Below, one piece after another: positions 21,747 through 32,041 of a DNA stretch of 64,000 nucleotides; the stretch's first letter is position 1, and each line of letters begins with the position of its first letter. The position numbers were made by a program, and so were the translations under genes. Where the stretch lies: positions 256,001-320,000 of the forward strand of contig JAUVXV010000004.1 of the NCBI GenBank assembly GCA_030603365.1, in the 5' to 3' direction. Under the pieces are notes generated by a model. That model had not been told where the DNA came from and searched no databases. It worked only from the letters and a program-made list of their open reading frames with translations. This stretch comes from Candidatus Heimdallarchaeota archaeon (GTDB lineage: Archaea > Asgardarchaeota > Heimdallarchaeia > Heimdallarchaeales > Heimdallarchaeaceae).

Positions 21747-23596
21747 TTATGATGGCAGATCCAATATTTATATACGCAATAATCGCAGTATTAACTCCAA
21801 TAGGTGGAGCATTTTTATCTCTCCTATTGAAGAAATGGAAAGAAATCAGAAACATCTTCAGTGTCAGTACTATTGCTGTTTCTGCACTGATGTCAATTTT
21901 GATTTTTGCTACTTATGGTGGAACAGCTGTAGCTTATGATTTCTCATGGGCAAATTGGTTGGCAAATTCATCAACTAACACAATGGAATCAGGATTCTAT
22001 TTCGATTCACTATCAACAATGATGGTTCTAATAGTATCTATACTAAGTATGCTGATTGCATTCTTCTCACTTGAATATATGAAGGAAGACAAGAACTTAC
22101 TCCGTTATTGGTTCTTTATTCAACTATTCGTAGGTGGAATGCTTTTACTAGTACTAGCACATGATATGGTTTTGCTATTCGTAGGCTGGGAAATTGTCGG
22201 TCTATGTTCTTGTTTCCTCATAGGTCATTACTTTATGAAGAAAGGAGAAGAAGGTACCAAACCAGCTAAAAGTGGAATAAAAGCTCTTATTATGACAGGT
22301 ATAGGTGATGTTGGTTTCTTAGCATTCTTAGCATGGTCATACTCTTTGAACATAGGTGCTGGAGTAACAAACCCACTACTGATTGATACATCTACCTTTG
22401 GTGGTGTATATCCAGTTTTCATGAGCATCTTGCTACTATTAGCTCCAATTACAAAATCTGCTCAATTCCCACTACAATCATGGTTGAGTTCGGGTGATAC
22501 AGTAGATATTGATGCTATGCAAGGTCCAACAACTGTTTCTGCACTTATTCATGCTGCAACAATGGTTAAAGCTGGTGTATATTTAGTCGCACGATTTAGC
22601 CCATACTGGGATAGTGACTTCTTCTATATTGCACTAATGATAATTGCTGGAATTTCCTGTGTAGCAGCTGCTATTGGTGCTCTAGTAACAACAGATCTGA
22701 AAAGAATTCTGGCTTACAGTACAATTTCACAACTGAGTTACATGTTTCTAGCTTTTACTATAAGAGAAGAGCATGCTAATGGTCTAATTCCAGGTCAAGC
22801 TCATTTGTTATCTCACTCAATATTCAAAGCTCTACTGTTCTTGTCAGCAGGGGCAATAATTCATTCTGTTGCTCAAGAGCGAGACATTAAGAAGATGGGT
22901 GGATTGCGAAAAGAGATACCATGGACTTATGGATTCATGTTAGTTGGTGTTGTTGGTCTAATGGGTATTCCTGTCATTTCAAATGGAGGTTTTTCAAAAG
23001 AAATGATAATTACAACTTCCTTTGAAGCAGCAGCTGAAAATCCAATGCACTGGTTTACCTTCATTGTAGCAGTATTGACGGCATTCATAACAACACTATA
23101 TGCCGCAAGAATGTTCTTGATGATTTTCCACGGAAAGAACAGAGGAGCTAAAGTACATAAACCAAAATACATAATGAGAATTACTCTAGGAATTCTAGCT
23201 GTTCTTGTTGTTGCAACTGGTTTCATAATTGAAGGTCCTGTAAGTAACTTCTTCTCTGGAGAAACAGGTTATACATTCATGCACGTTGAAATTGTACCAT
23301 TCCTTTGCGCAATTGGAGCAATAATATTTGGATTACTTGTTGCATACTTACTATATGGTAAGGGACAAACTGAAGTGAAGTTTGTTGAAAACAATAAAGT
23401 ATTCAAATCTCTAAGCACAGTTGTAGCAAATGGTTTCTATATAGATCATCTGTATAGCATGGTGTTTGTTAAACCTGTATTCTGGATTGGTCAGAAAATT
23501 GCCTTCCTTAAAACTGGAAAAATTAACTGGAACATGATTTTAGGATCCGTAGTAGCGGTAGCAACTATCGTTATTCTAGTGATGGTGATTGTCTAA
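21743..23596 (+). CDS. NuoL/MrpA-like antiporter subunit
   Basis: GWEIVGL, TKSAQFPL, AMQGPTTVSALIHAATMVKAG, LKRILAYSTISQL and SHSIFKALLF. Confidence 0.92.
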   Translation: MIMMADPIFIYAIIAVLTPIGGAFLSLLLKKWKEIRNIFSVSTIAVSALMSILIFATYGGTAVAYDFSWANWLANSSTNTMESGFYFDSLSTMMVLIVSILSMLIAFFSLEYMKEDKNLLRYWFFIQLFVGGMLLLVLAHDMVLLFVGWEIVGLCSCFLIGHYFMKKGEEGTKPAKSGIKALIMTGIGDVGFLAFLAWSYSLNIGAGVTNPLLIDTSTFGGVYPVFMSILLLLAPITKSAQFPLQSWLSSGDTVDIDAMQGPTTVSALIHAATMVKAGVYLVARFSPYWDSDFFYIALMIIAGISCVAAAIGALVTTDLKRILAYSTISQLSYMFLAFTIREEHANGLIPGQAHLLSHSIFKALLFLSAGAIIHSVAQERDIKKMGGLRKEIPWTYGFMLVGVVGLMGIPVISNGGFSKEMIITTSFEAAAENPMHWFTFIVAVLTAFITTLYAARMFLMIFHGKNRGAKVHKPKYIMRITLGILAVLVVATGFIIEGPVSNFFSGETGYTFMHVEIVPFLCAIGAIIFGLLVAYLLYGKGQTEVKFVENNKVFKSLSTVVANGFYIDHLYSMVFVKPVFWIGQKIAFLKTGKINWNMILGSVVAVATIVILVMVIV

Positions 23597-25074
23597 TGGC
23601 ACTTAGTACTTATCTCTCTCTACTCATGCTTGTACCTATCGCTGGTGCAGGTTTGATTGCGTTGTTTGAACAACTGAAGAAGCACTTGACTAAAATAAAG
23701 ATATGCTCAGATTGTGTTAATCATGCATTAGCTAATCTTGTAGCACTAGGTACTTTCCTTCTTGGAATCGTATCTGTATTCAATCAAGGGTGGCAAACTT
23801 ATCTGAATGATAATTCTGGTTTACTCTTGGAATATGGTATGATACAAGCAGTTCTAGTAACTATCTTCAGTTTCCTAGTTTGGATGGCTGTACTTTTCAG
23901 TGTTAATTACATGAAAGGTAAGAGTGGCTTAGGCTATTATTATGCACTAATCCTAACATTACTAACAGGTTTGATTGTTGTAATCATGGCAAATAACTTC
24001 ATCACTCTATTCATTGGGTGGGAAATGTTTGCTTTAAGTGGTTATGTGCTAGTTGCATTCGAAAGAATGAAACGTGGTGCAGTAGAAGCTTCTCTTAAGT
24101 ACTTTATCATGTCAACTGCTGGAAGTATGCTAGTCTTACTGGCAACAGCATTAACATATGGTTACTTTGGTACAGTAAACTTCGCATTAATAGCAACTAG
24201 AGTACATTGGATTAGTGGTGGAGTTTTAGGATTGATTATTGCATTGTTTATTACTGGTTTTTCAGTAACAGCTGCAATGTTGTTCCTAAATGCCTGGTTA
24301 CCAGATGCCCACAGTTCGGCTCCTTCAACCATTTCAGCTTTACTATCTGGAATTGTTGTTAAAGCCGGTGCTTTTGGTATCTACAGAACTCTCTACTCTG
24401 CTTATCCCAATATGGTACCTGCAGGTGTAGTTCTCTCTTGGATTGGTGTCTTGACCATGTTTGAAGGAAACTTCTTAGTGTTCTCTCAATTCTGGCGAAA
24501 AGATATCATAGACTTCAAGAGAATATTAGCTTATTCAACAACCGTACATCTAGGGTATATCATTCTAGGTATAGGTTCTAATACTATGCTAGGAGTTCAT
24601 GCATCTGTGTTCCATATACTAACACATTCAATTGCTAAAGGATCTCTGTTTTTGCTCAGCGGCACACTAATTGCAGCTGTAAGCTCAAGGGATATACGTG
24701 ATATGAAAGGAATTGGAAGAAGATCACCATTCATTGGTGTCATTCTGACTATAGCTCTCCTCTCTCTTGGTGGTATTCCAATAACCGCTGGTTTTATCTC
24801 AAAACTGATGGTTGTTTTGGCTACTTTTAATGGAGCTGGAGCATTAGGTAATAACATAGCATTAGTTGTTATGGCTATAATCAACTCCTTGTTAGCTTTA
24901 GGAGGTTATCTATACATTCTCAAGATAATGTTGTTCGATGAACCTGAAGCTAAATCTGAGGAGAAGGTAAAAATACCAATATTCCAAGCAATATCTCTAA
25001 CTATCTTAGCAGTTGTAATATTACTACTAGGATTTTGGCCAGACCTTATTCTACAACCAATAATTGGAATTTAA
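23596..25074 (+). CDS. NuoM/NuoN/MrpD-like antiporter subunit
   Basis: FIGWEM, EASLKYF, WLPDAHSSAP and KRILAYST. Confidence 0.9.
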   Translation: MALSTYLSLLMLVPIAGAGLIALFEQLKKHLTKIKICSDCVNHALANLVALGTFLLGIVSVFNQGWQTYLNDNSGLLLEYGMIQAVLVTIFSFLVWMAVLFSVNYMKGKSGLGYYYALILTLLTGLIVVIMANNFITLFIGWEMFALSGYVLVAFERMKRGAVEASLKYFIMSTAGSMLVLLATALTYGYFGTVNFALIATRVHWISGGVLGLIIALFITGFSVTAAMLFLNAWLPDAHSSAPSTISALLSGIVVKAGAFGIYRTLYSAYPNMVPAGVVLSWIGVLTMFEGNFLVFSQFWRKDIIDFKRILAYSTTVHLGYIILGIGSNTMLGVHASVFHILTHSIAKGSLFLLSGTLIAAVSSRDIRDMKGIGRRSPFIGVILTIALLSLGGIPITAGFISKLMVVLATFNGAGALGNNIALVVMAIINSLLALGGYLYILKIMLFDEPEAKSEEKVKIPIFQAISLTILAVVILLLGFWPDLILQPIIGI

Positions 25075-25185
25075 TCATTCCAACCTTTTCTTTTTCTTTT
25101 TCTTTTCTTGTTAAACACAGAAATATAAAATGCACATCAGAGATTTTTTCAATAGATTTTTTAAGCAGTCAAATTCTTTACATGT

Positions 25186-25554
25186 ATGATCTTGGAGATA
25201 ATTGATGGGGTATTTGTTATCTGCGCAGGAATAATCACTGCTATGTTGTGGGTTGTTGTGTTAGTAAAGAAATTAGAACACAAATTCATAGAAAAGAAAT
25301 TTGAAAGGGTTTTTCATATTGCAGCAGAATTTCTGATGTCTTCTATAGCAATTATTGCAGGAATTATATTGCTGTTAAAGCATTTCTTAGGTGTGCCATT
25401 GTTTTATCTTGCTATGGGATTAATTCTTTATGCATTAGTTAATGCTATTGGAATATATTGGGAGAAAAGATACAGGTTACTGGTCTTAATACTAATAATA
25501 TCTACTTTGATTACCATAGTGCTAATAGCTGTCTCTCTTGCTTTACTAGTTTAA
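25186..25554 (+). CDS. Hypothetical 4-TM membrane protein
   Basis: Four hydrophobic segments and an FHIAAE motif. Confidence 0.65.
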   Translation: MILEIIDGVFVICAGIITAMLWVVVLVKKLEHKFIEKKFERVFHIAAEFLMSSIAIIAGIILLLKHFLGVPLFYLAMGLILYALVNAIGIYWEKRYRLLVLILIISTLITIVLIAVSLALLV

Positions 25555-25607
25555 CATGAAACATAGAAACAAAAATAGAATAAACAAAAAATAAAAAGAA
25601 AAGGAAA

Positions 25608-26090
25608 TTATTCCTCTTGAGGAATTTCTTTCTTCTCTACACCAATAAGATCTTCTTTTAATTTTCCTAGAAGTGTAGCTATTGCATGAACAATATTCTC
25701 TGGTCTTGGTGGGCATCCATATACCCAAGCATCAATTGGGAGAACATGATCAATACCACCTAAAACAAATGGACATTCTTGGAATACACCGCCTGATGTA
25801 CAACAATTGCCAACTGCTACCACAAATTTTGGTAAGGGCATCTGCTCATATACTCGTTTTACTCGTTCTGCTACTTGAACAGTAACTGGACCAGTGATAA
25901 CTAGAACATCTGCTTGTCTTGGAGTTCCTCTAAGAGTTATACCATATTGCTCAAGATCATGCCGGGGAGTTAAAGCATCAACAATTTCAATGTCACAACC
26001 ATTACATCCTCCAGCATTCATGTGAATAATCCATGGGGATTTTAATGCACAGAATACACCAAATTTCTTTAGCCAACCCATTTTAATCAA
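25608..26090 (-). CDS. Group 4 [NiFe]-hydrogenase small subunit (NuoB/EchC/MbhJ-like)
   Basis: GCNGCDIE, PRQADVL, YEQMPLPK.V.AVGNC and GCPPRP. Confidence 0.95.
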   Translation of the reverse strand: MIKMGWLKKFGVFCALKSPWIIHMNAGGCNGCDIEIVDALTPRHDLEQYGITLRGTPRQADVLVITGPVTVQVAERVKRVYEQMPLPKFVVAVGNCCTSGGVFQECPFVLGGIDHVLPIDAWVYGCPPRPENIVHAIATLLGKLKEDLIGVEKKEIPQEE

Positions 26091-26560
26091 CCTCTAAACT
26101 CCTCTATTTCTTTAATCTTCTTGCCACCTTCTTCAATAAGTTCCTGCAATTTCTTGTCAGCAGTATCTCCTTTGTAACTACCTTTGGCAACTAACATATC
26201 ATAGTCTTGTCGAACATTGAAGGAGAATAGTGAATTGGATAAGCTGGGTTCTCTGTCTATGTGGATAGCATCCTTTGGACAGTATGTTTGGCAATGACCG
26301 CACCACATACATTGAGGACGTAGAATCCAAATCATTCCATTATCTTTGTTTTCTTTATCCATCCCTAAACAGTGTGAAGGGCAGACATTGACACATGTTC
26401 CACACATGATACATCTATCCTCGATAATAGCGGGGATAGTTCTGATATCTTCAGGAGGAGGATTCTCTGCAATTCTCTTAAGAACATGTTTTGTTACAGG
26501 TCCTTTAGCTTGATTTTTGAGAGCTTCTCCACCCATTACTAATACTTTCTTCATCTTCAT
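26087..26560 (-). CDS. 2x[4Fe-4S] ferredoxin subunit (NuoI/EchF/MbhN-like)
   Basis: CIMCGTCVNVCP and CMWCGHCQTYCP. Confidence 0.92.
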   Translation of the reverse strand: MKMKKVLVMGGEALKNQAKGPVTKHVLKRIAENPPPEDIRTIPAIIEDRCIMCGTCVNVCPSHCLGMDKENKDNGMIWILRPQCMWCGHCQTYCPKDAIHIDREPSLSNSLFSFNVRQDYDMLVAKGSYKGDTADKKLQELIEEGGKKIKEIEEFRG

Positions 26561-26566
26561 TTCACC

Positions 26567-27820
26567 TCAGAAAAATGGCCGATTATACTTCTTAGCTTTG
26601 ATAGCTTTACGAGCAAATTCGTCCTGATTTAGTATCATTTTTTCACCAGTATTTTCGTTAATTAACATAACCCTATTTGTACAAGAGAAACAAGGGTCAT
26701 AGCTTCGTAGAATAACTGGCATATCAGCAATATATTCTCCATCCATTCTCTTTAAAGTCGCATCAATGTTTCCTAACGATGGTGCTCTTATTTTATATCT
26801 ATCTGGCTTATCAGTACCATTTGCAATTGCATAATGGACATCTTCTCCTCTTGGAGCTTCTGCTCTAGCCATATATGTTCCTTCTGGAATTCTTTGTTTA
26901 ACTCTTACAAGTAGCTCTCCTTGTGTAGATTCTAGTTGATCTAAAATCTGTTTGCACATTTGCAATGATTCTAGTGTTTCATCAACTCTTACAAGTGTAG
27001 TTGCTAATACATCCCCTTCAGGATAACAAACTAAATTCCAGTCTATTTTATCATATAGCTCATAGGGAGTTGATTTTCGAACATCGAAAGGTAATCCAGA
27101 AGCTCTTGCTGTTGGGCCATTAGGTGTTGTTTTCTTGGCTTCATCCTTTGTTAATACACCAACATCTTTCAAACGATTTGTAATTGAAGCTTCTTCAACG
27201 AATACTTTTCTATGATATTGTACTTTCTTTATTAATTCATCAAGAAGAGGTCTAGCCCAGTCAGCTTTCTCTTTAGGAATATCTCTTTTTACTCCACCTG
27301 GAAGCATTAAAGCAGGATTAACTCTGTTGCCACTCAATTTCTCTACAATATCCATTATTATCTCACGATCTCTCCATGAGATGTGCAGCAATGTATCGAA
27401 TCCAGCATCATGTGCAAGAATTCCATACCAAAGAATATGGGAATGAATACGTTCTGCTTCACAACTGAACATACGAATCAACCTTGCTCTTTCAGAAATC
27501 TGATCTTCAACACCAGCTAACCTATCCACAACACGCACATACACGTTTTGATGAACAGCACTGCAAATTCCACAAGCTCTGGGTATTAACATGGTGTTTT
27601 GTCTCCATGTTCTGTTTTCCATAGCTTTTTCAATACCTCTCAAATTGAACCCAATTCGTATATCAGCTTCAACTACCCTTTCACCTTTAAGATGAATGAT
27701 AAAGTGTGCTGGTTCTTCACACCAAGGGTGTTGGGGTCCTATAAAGATATGATGATCAGCATCTTCAGGGCCATCACTACCATCTGTTAGTGTTCTAAAT
27801 CTTGATCTGTATTCAGTCAT
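26567..27820 (-). CDS. Group 4 [NiFe]-hydrogenase large subunit (EchE/MbhL-like)
   Basis: IGPQHP, L1 RACGIC, EAPRGE, and L2 DPCFSCTNR followed by a C-terminal extension. Confidence 0.95.
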   Translation of the reverse strand: MTEYRSRFRTLTDGSDGPEDADHHIFIGPQHPWCEEPAHFIIHLKGERVVEADIRIGFNLRGIEKAMENRTWRQNTMLIPRACGICSAVHQNVYVRVVDRLAGVEDQISERARLIRMFSCEAERIHSHILWYGILAHDAGFDTLLHISWRDREIIMDIVEKLSGNRVNPALMLPGGVKRDIPKEKADWARPLLDELIKKVQYHRKVFVEEASITNRLKDVGVLTKDEAKKTTPNGPTARASGLPFDVRKSTPYELYDKIDWNLVCYPEGDVLATTLVRVDETLESLQMCKQILDQLESTQGELLVRVKQRIPEGTYMARAEAPRGEDVHYAIANGTDKPDRYKIRAPSLGNIDATLKRMDGEYIADMPVILRSYDPCFSCTNRVMLINENTGEKMILNQDEFARKAIKAKKYNRPFF

Positions 27821-27821
27821 T

Positions 27822-28343
27822 TTATTTCTCCTCCAAACTCTCTTTGGCTATTTTCATGGTTATCTCTTTAATTTGTTCCCATGAATATTCTTTGCGCATT
27901 GGTTTGACATCATCTGGCCATTTTTCAGGTAGAATTATTCTCTGAAGGAATGGATGATTCTCGAAGTAAACTCCATAGAAATCATAGATCTCTCTTTCAT
28001 AGTAGTCAGCTGCAACAAAAAAGTCCACCATACTTGGAGACTTTGGATTTTTCTTATCAACTTTTGTAATAATGAAGTTTATTGGAACTTCTCTAAACTC
28101 CTCCTCTATTCTATGTTGAATATGGTAACAAATGTTGAATCCGTCTTCCTTTTCAAAACCACTTACGGTTGAAAGGTGATAAATACCGGCCTCTTCATGA
28201 AGAATTTTCATAAGGTTATAGGCATTTTTTGTGTTAACCAAGAGGTCAAAATGACCCTCTTCAACCTTAACTGTTTCTTCAACAAGATTTTCTGGTAAAG
28301 TTACGTTTAAAATACTTTCTAGTTCTTTGAGTTCATCACTCAT
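27822..28343 (-). CDS. NuoC/EchD/MbhK-like subunit
   Basis: YEREIYDFYGVYFENHP and PMRK. Confidence 0.92.
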   Translation of the reverse strand: MSDELKELESILNVTLPENLVEETVKVEEGHFDLLVNTKNAYNLMKILHEEAGIYHLSTVSGFEKEDGFNICYHIQHRIEEEFREVPINFIITKVDKKNPKSPSMVDFFVAADYYEREIYDFYGVYFENHPFLQRIILPEKWPDDVKPMRKEYSWEQIKEITMKIAKESLEEK

Positions 28344-28459
28344 AAGAAGTCCTCACATAGCATTTTATTTAATCTTTATACAGTAATAAAAAAAGGTTGT
28401 GCTGTATAGATGTGAATTTTATAGAAGAATAGTTGTTTATATTACTCTTTACTGAAGTA

Positions 28460-29143
28460 TTAATTCTTGATAAAAATATAATCATTGCCTTTGAATTTTT
28501 CTGGAATTTCTTGCAAATGCCATCCCCTAACCTGTAACGCTAAGAAATTACCTATCATCCAAGGTGTTATACTACTGTCTCCATATCTGAAATTCTCTTC
28601 AGAAATCCAAGTGCCCTCCTTCTCCTTCAGTTCCAACCATTGATTAATAGAAAGAAAACGACCTGTGTATCTAACGCCATAAGATCTCTCTAGTAATTCG
28701 GGGATTGACCTAATTAACGTTTGAGCTATCTCTACATTGTCTATATCTTGGCACTCAGCTATAGCATTCAGCACAGCAGTTTTTGTATTAAAATTGTCTG
28801 AAATTCTAGGTTTGGCAGGAGTAAAATACTCAAACGATGGATTGATTGCATTCTCTTCACAAAGAAAAACCCTTTCAGTGATTATTCTAAACTTATAGCC
28901 TCTAGTAGCAAGAGAAAGAAGGTAAGCTATATCTATATTGTTTAGTTTATATTTCCTTCTAAGAAGTTTTATTCCATCAACAACCCCTACTTTGCTTTTT
29001 GCATCTCCCATACACTCATGGTCATCCAAAACATCAGGAATTGAACGCTTTAAATTAGTTAAGAAATACTGGTTTGGTTTATTAGAAAAGTCTATGAAAT
29101 TTCTTAAAATTTGCGCATTAGCATCCTTTTCTCTGAGTACCAT
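28460..29143 (-). CDS. Hypothetical protein with internal two-fold repeat
   Basis: LKRSIPDVLD...LLSLATRGY versus LIRSIPELLE...FLALQVRGW. Confidence 0.7.
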   Translation of the reverse strand: MVLREKDANAQILRNFIDFSNKPNQYFLTNLKRSIPDVLDDHECMGDAKSKVGVVDGIKLLRRKYKLNNIDIAYLLSLATRGYKFRIITERVFLCEENAINPSFEYFTPAKPRISDNFNTKTAVLNAIAECQDIDNVEIAQTLIRSIPELLERSYGVRYTGRFLSINQWLELKEKEGTWISEENFRYGDSSITPWMIGNFLALQVRGWHLQEIPEKFKGNDYIFIKN

Positions 29144-29220
29144 TCTGATATTATTTACTAGAATTAATCTATTTAACTTATTCGATATTTCTCGATAAAA
29201 TAAAAGAAAACTAAAGAGAT

Positions 29221-29442
29221 TTATGAACTCAGAATCTCATCCCATAGTTTCAAATCTTCTTTTGCTTGTTCTGGGTCTAATTTAGAGATAATAAAACCTG
29301 TATGAACTAGAACATAGTCCCCTACTTCCAAAGGTTCTTCCAGTAATGAAGTGTCTGCTTCTCTTCTGACACCAGTAATGTCCACCATGACTCTTTTCTT
29401 ACTTACAATTTCACAAATTAAACCTGGAATTGCTAAACACAT
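29221..29442 (-). CDS. hypC: Hydrogenase chaperone HypC
   Basis: Start at ATG 29442 gives MCLAIPG. GDYVLVHTGF motif present. Confidence 0.95.
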   Translation of the reverse strand: MCLAIPGLICEIVSKKRVMVDITGVRREADTSLLEEPLEVGDYVLVHTGFIISKLDPEQAKEDLKLWDEILSS

Positions 29443-29495
29443 GTTGTTCACATCTACTTTTCTTATTAGATAATTAACTCTTTTTATTCGGCAAA

Positions 29496-30599
29496 TTATT
29501 CTTCCCACATTATCTCTTCGTATGTAGCTGCTACATTACAAGTTCCTTCATGACTAACCATACATGCACCAATTGGGTGATCAGGTCTACATGCTTTTTT
29601 AAAGAGCTTGCATTGGTGTGGTTTGGATTTACCAATTAGAATTTCATCACAGATGCAACCACCTTGGAGATCTGTAGATGGTAATTCCGGAATATTGTAC
29701 TTCTTCTTTGCGTCAATGTAACTATACTTTGCACTAATTTCATGACCAGTATCCGGCCATACGCCTAATCCCCTCCATCTTGCCTCTGAAACTTGGTAAG
29801 CTTCCTCTAAAGTTCTAAGAGCTGCAACATTTCCTTCATATTTTACATATCGTTTGTAATCATTATCAACGCGTGCTGTGCCTTCTTTGATTTGCTTTAA
29901 TAGCGAATAGATACCCATTAGTATATCTACGGGTTCAAAACCAGCAATAGATACTGGAAAGTTGTATTTTTCTGCAATAAAGCCATAGGGCTTAGCTCCA
30001 ATAATTGTAGAAACATGTCCTGGGGCAAGAAAACCTTGGAACTCTAAATCATCACGTTGAACCAATAATTCCATCGCTGGAGGGACAAGCTTGTGAGAAG
30101 AATAGATGCTGAAATTTGGTAATTTAGTTCGAATAACTTCTGCAGCTGTTACACAAGATGTAGTTTCAAATCCAACACTGAAGAAAAGAAAATCTCTATC
30201 CGGTGTTTGTTCAGCTAGTTTTAATGCATCAGACACACTATAAACAACACGAACATCCACACCTCTTCCTTGAGCTTGATAGAGTGACTCTTTTGAACCT
30301 GGGACGCGCATCATATCACCAAAAGTGGTGATAATAACATTATGATTATCAGCAACCCAAAGAACTTCATCTACATCTCGGGCAGAACTCACGCACACTG
30401 GACAGCCAGGACCTGCAATCAAATCAATCTCTTTCGGTAACAACGAACGTAATCCAGCTTTTACTAAATCATGTTCATGAGTTCCACAAACATGCATAAT
30501 ACGTATTTTTTCACCTATTTCTTCTGTTAACTGTGTAATTTTTTTAATCAGAGCATCAACTATTTTTTTATCTCTGTATTTTTGTGTAGGTTCTGACAT
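29496..30599 (-). CDS. hypD: Hydrogenase maturation protein HypD
   Basis: MHVCGTHE, GPGCPVCV, GFETT, PGHVS and CMVSHEGTC. Confidence 0.97.
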   Translation of the reverse strand: MSEPTQKYRDKKIVDALIKKITQLTEEIGEKIRIMHVCGTHEHDLVKAGLRSLLPKEIDLIAGPGCPVCVSSARDVDEVLWVADNHNVIITTFGDMMRVPGSKESLYQAQGRGVDVRVVYSVSDALKLAEQTPDRDFLFFSVGFETTSCVTAAEVIRTKLPNFSIYSSHKLVPPAMELLVQRDDLEFQGFLAPGHVSTIIGAKPYGFIAEKYNFPVSIAGFEPVDILMGIYSLLKQIKEGTARVDNDYKRYVKYEGNVAALRTLEEAYQVSEARWRGLGVWPDTGHEISAKYSYIDAKKKYNIPELPSTDLQGGCICDEILIGKSKPHQCKLFKKACRPDHPIGACMVSHEGTCNVAATYEEIMWEE

Positions 30600-30806
30600 T
30601 TAAATGACACCTTAATGCTCTTTGAGGATGCACAAATAGTATAAATAAATAACTTCTTCTCTTGGACAAAATGTCCTTTACATATACAATAAATTTCTAA
30701 TAGAATTGAAATTCTTCTGAAAATGATTTATTTTTAGATATTATCTCATCTAGCAATTCTTCTGAAAAGCATTTCATTAGTTTTAAATAATATTTAATGA
30801 AGGGTA

Positions 30807-31361
30807 GTGCATATGAAGATTCTTGTAACTTACTTCAGTCAAACAGGAAACACAAAGAAAATTGCAGAAGCAATTCATGAAACTATATCACAAAATCATG
30901 ATTCATTTTTAAAAGATTTTAATGAAATAACTATAGATGAGTTGGACCTTTATGATCTAGTTTTTCTAGGGTCTGCTTGTCATCATGCTAATCTAGCACC
31001 ACCAGTTCTGAAGTTTATTGAAAATATACCTAAATCACCAAAATTCAAACTTGCTGGTTTTGTAACACACTCTACATATCCTCCTGAAGGTTCAGAAAGA
31101 CATGCTGAAATGTTCGAGCAATGGGGGAGTAAATGCGCTAAAACCTATGAACGACTTCAGAATGAGAAAGGCATAGATTACAAAGGTTACTTCCGATGCA
31201 TGGGGATACCTTCGAAACCAATTGAACAATTCATAAATAAACAAATCATTCCTGATGAGGATGAATGGGCTGAATACATAGATGTAATTGTTAAACATCT
31301 TGATGAATCAGATATAGAAAATGCGAAAAAGTTTGCAAAAGAAGTTCTTGACAAATGCTAG
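30807..31361 (+). CDS. Flavodoxin-family protein
   Basis: YFSQTGNTKKIAEAI and YDLVFLGS. The start is probably ATG 30813. Confidence 0.88.
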   Translation: MHMKILVTYFSQTGNTKKIAEAIHETISQNHDSFLKDFNEITIDELDLYDLVFLGSACHHANLAPPVLKFIENIPKSPKFKLAGFVTHSTYPPEGSERHAEMFEQWGSKCAKTYERLQNEKGIDYKGYFRCMGIPSKPIEQFINKQIIPDEDEWAEYIDVIVKHLDESDIENAKKFAKEVLDKC

Positions 31362-31511
31362 ATTACTCAATAAAACTTTTCATGATTATAAACAGTTTAT
31401 TATTTCCTTGGCACCTTAAAGGATGAATCGTAAATAGTTTATAGATTACTTTGTATACGTTTATTAATGTGAAAATGTATTTTTATTTTTGAGATTAAAA
31501 GGTTTATATCA

Positions 31512-32018
31512 ATGAAATTAAAGGATTATCTTCTAGTAACAATAACTTGGATATCTATATTGATACAGATTATTCTAACATTTGTTCTATGGGATAACTA
31601 CTATGATATTTATGGTTTGGTTATCGTGGGATACATTTTTTGGTGCTTATCAATTGTTTTTGGTGTTTTACCAATCATCTCATTTCGAAGGAAGGGGAGA
31701 GTTCCAAAAAAAACTAGCTATATACATACTACTCAAATGGTTGATACTGGAATATATGCAATTGTTAGACATCCGCAATTTCTTGCTGGAATCCTGTGGA
31801 GTATTGCTTTAGCGCTAATCTCACAGCATTGGGTTGTCGATGTTTTGCTAATTCCTGTTATAATTACTACATATTTTGATACCCTTGAAGCAAATAAAAA
31901 ACTTATTGAAAAGTTTGGAGAGGATTATATCGAATATATGAAGAGAGTACCAAATCTAAATGCACTTTGGGGAATTATTCTGTTGTTTTATCAGAAGATT
32001 AAAAGAATAAAAAACTGA
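31512..32018 (+). CDS. Isoprenylcysteine carboxylmethyltransferase/PEMT-family membrane protein
   Basis: TGIYAIVRHPQF and KFGEDYIEYMKRVP. Confidence 0.85.
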   Translation: MKLKDYLLVTITWISILIQIILTFVLWDNYYDIYGLVIVGYIFWCLSIVFGVLPIISFRRKGRVPKKTSYIHTTQMVDTGIYAIVRHPQFLAGILWSIALALISQHWVVDVLLIPVIITTYFDTLEANKKLIEKFGEDYIEYMKRVPNLNALWGIILLFYQKIKRIKN

Positions 32019-32041
32019 ATAATTGAAAAGAATAGACCATT

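Noticed and set aside
25608-30599. Selenocysteine or pyrrolysine readthrough in hydrogenase genes
   Set aside because: All metal ligands are encoded as Cys and no stop interrupts a conserved domain. The two split genes elsewhere are frameshifts, not in-frame stops.
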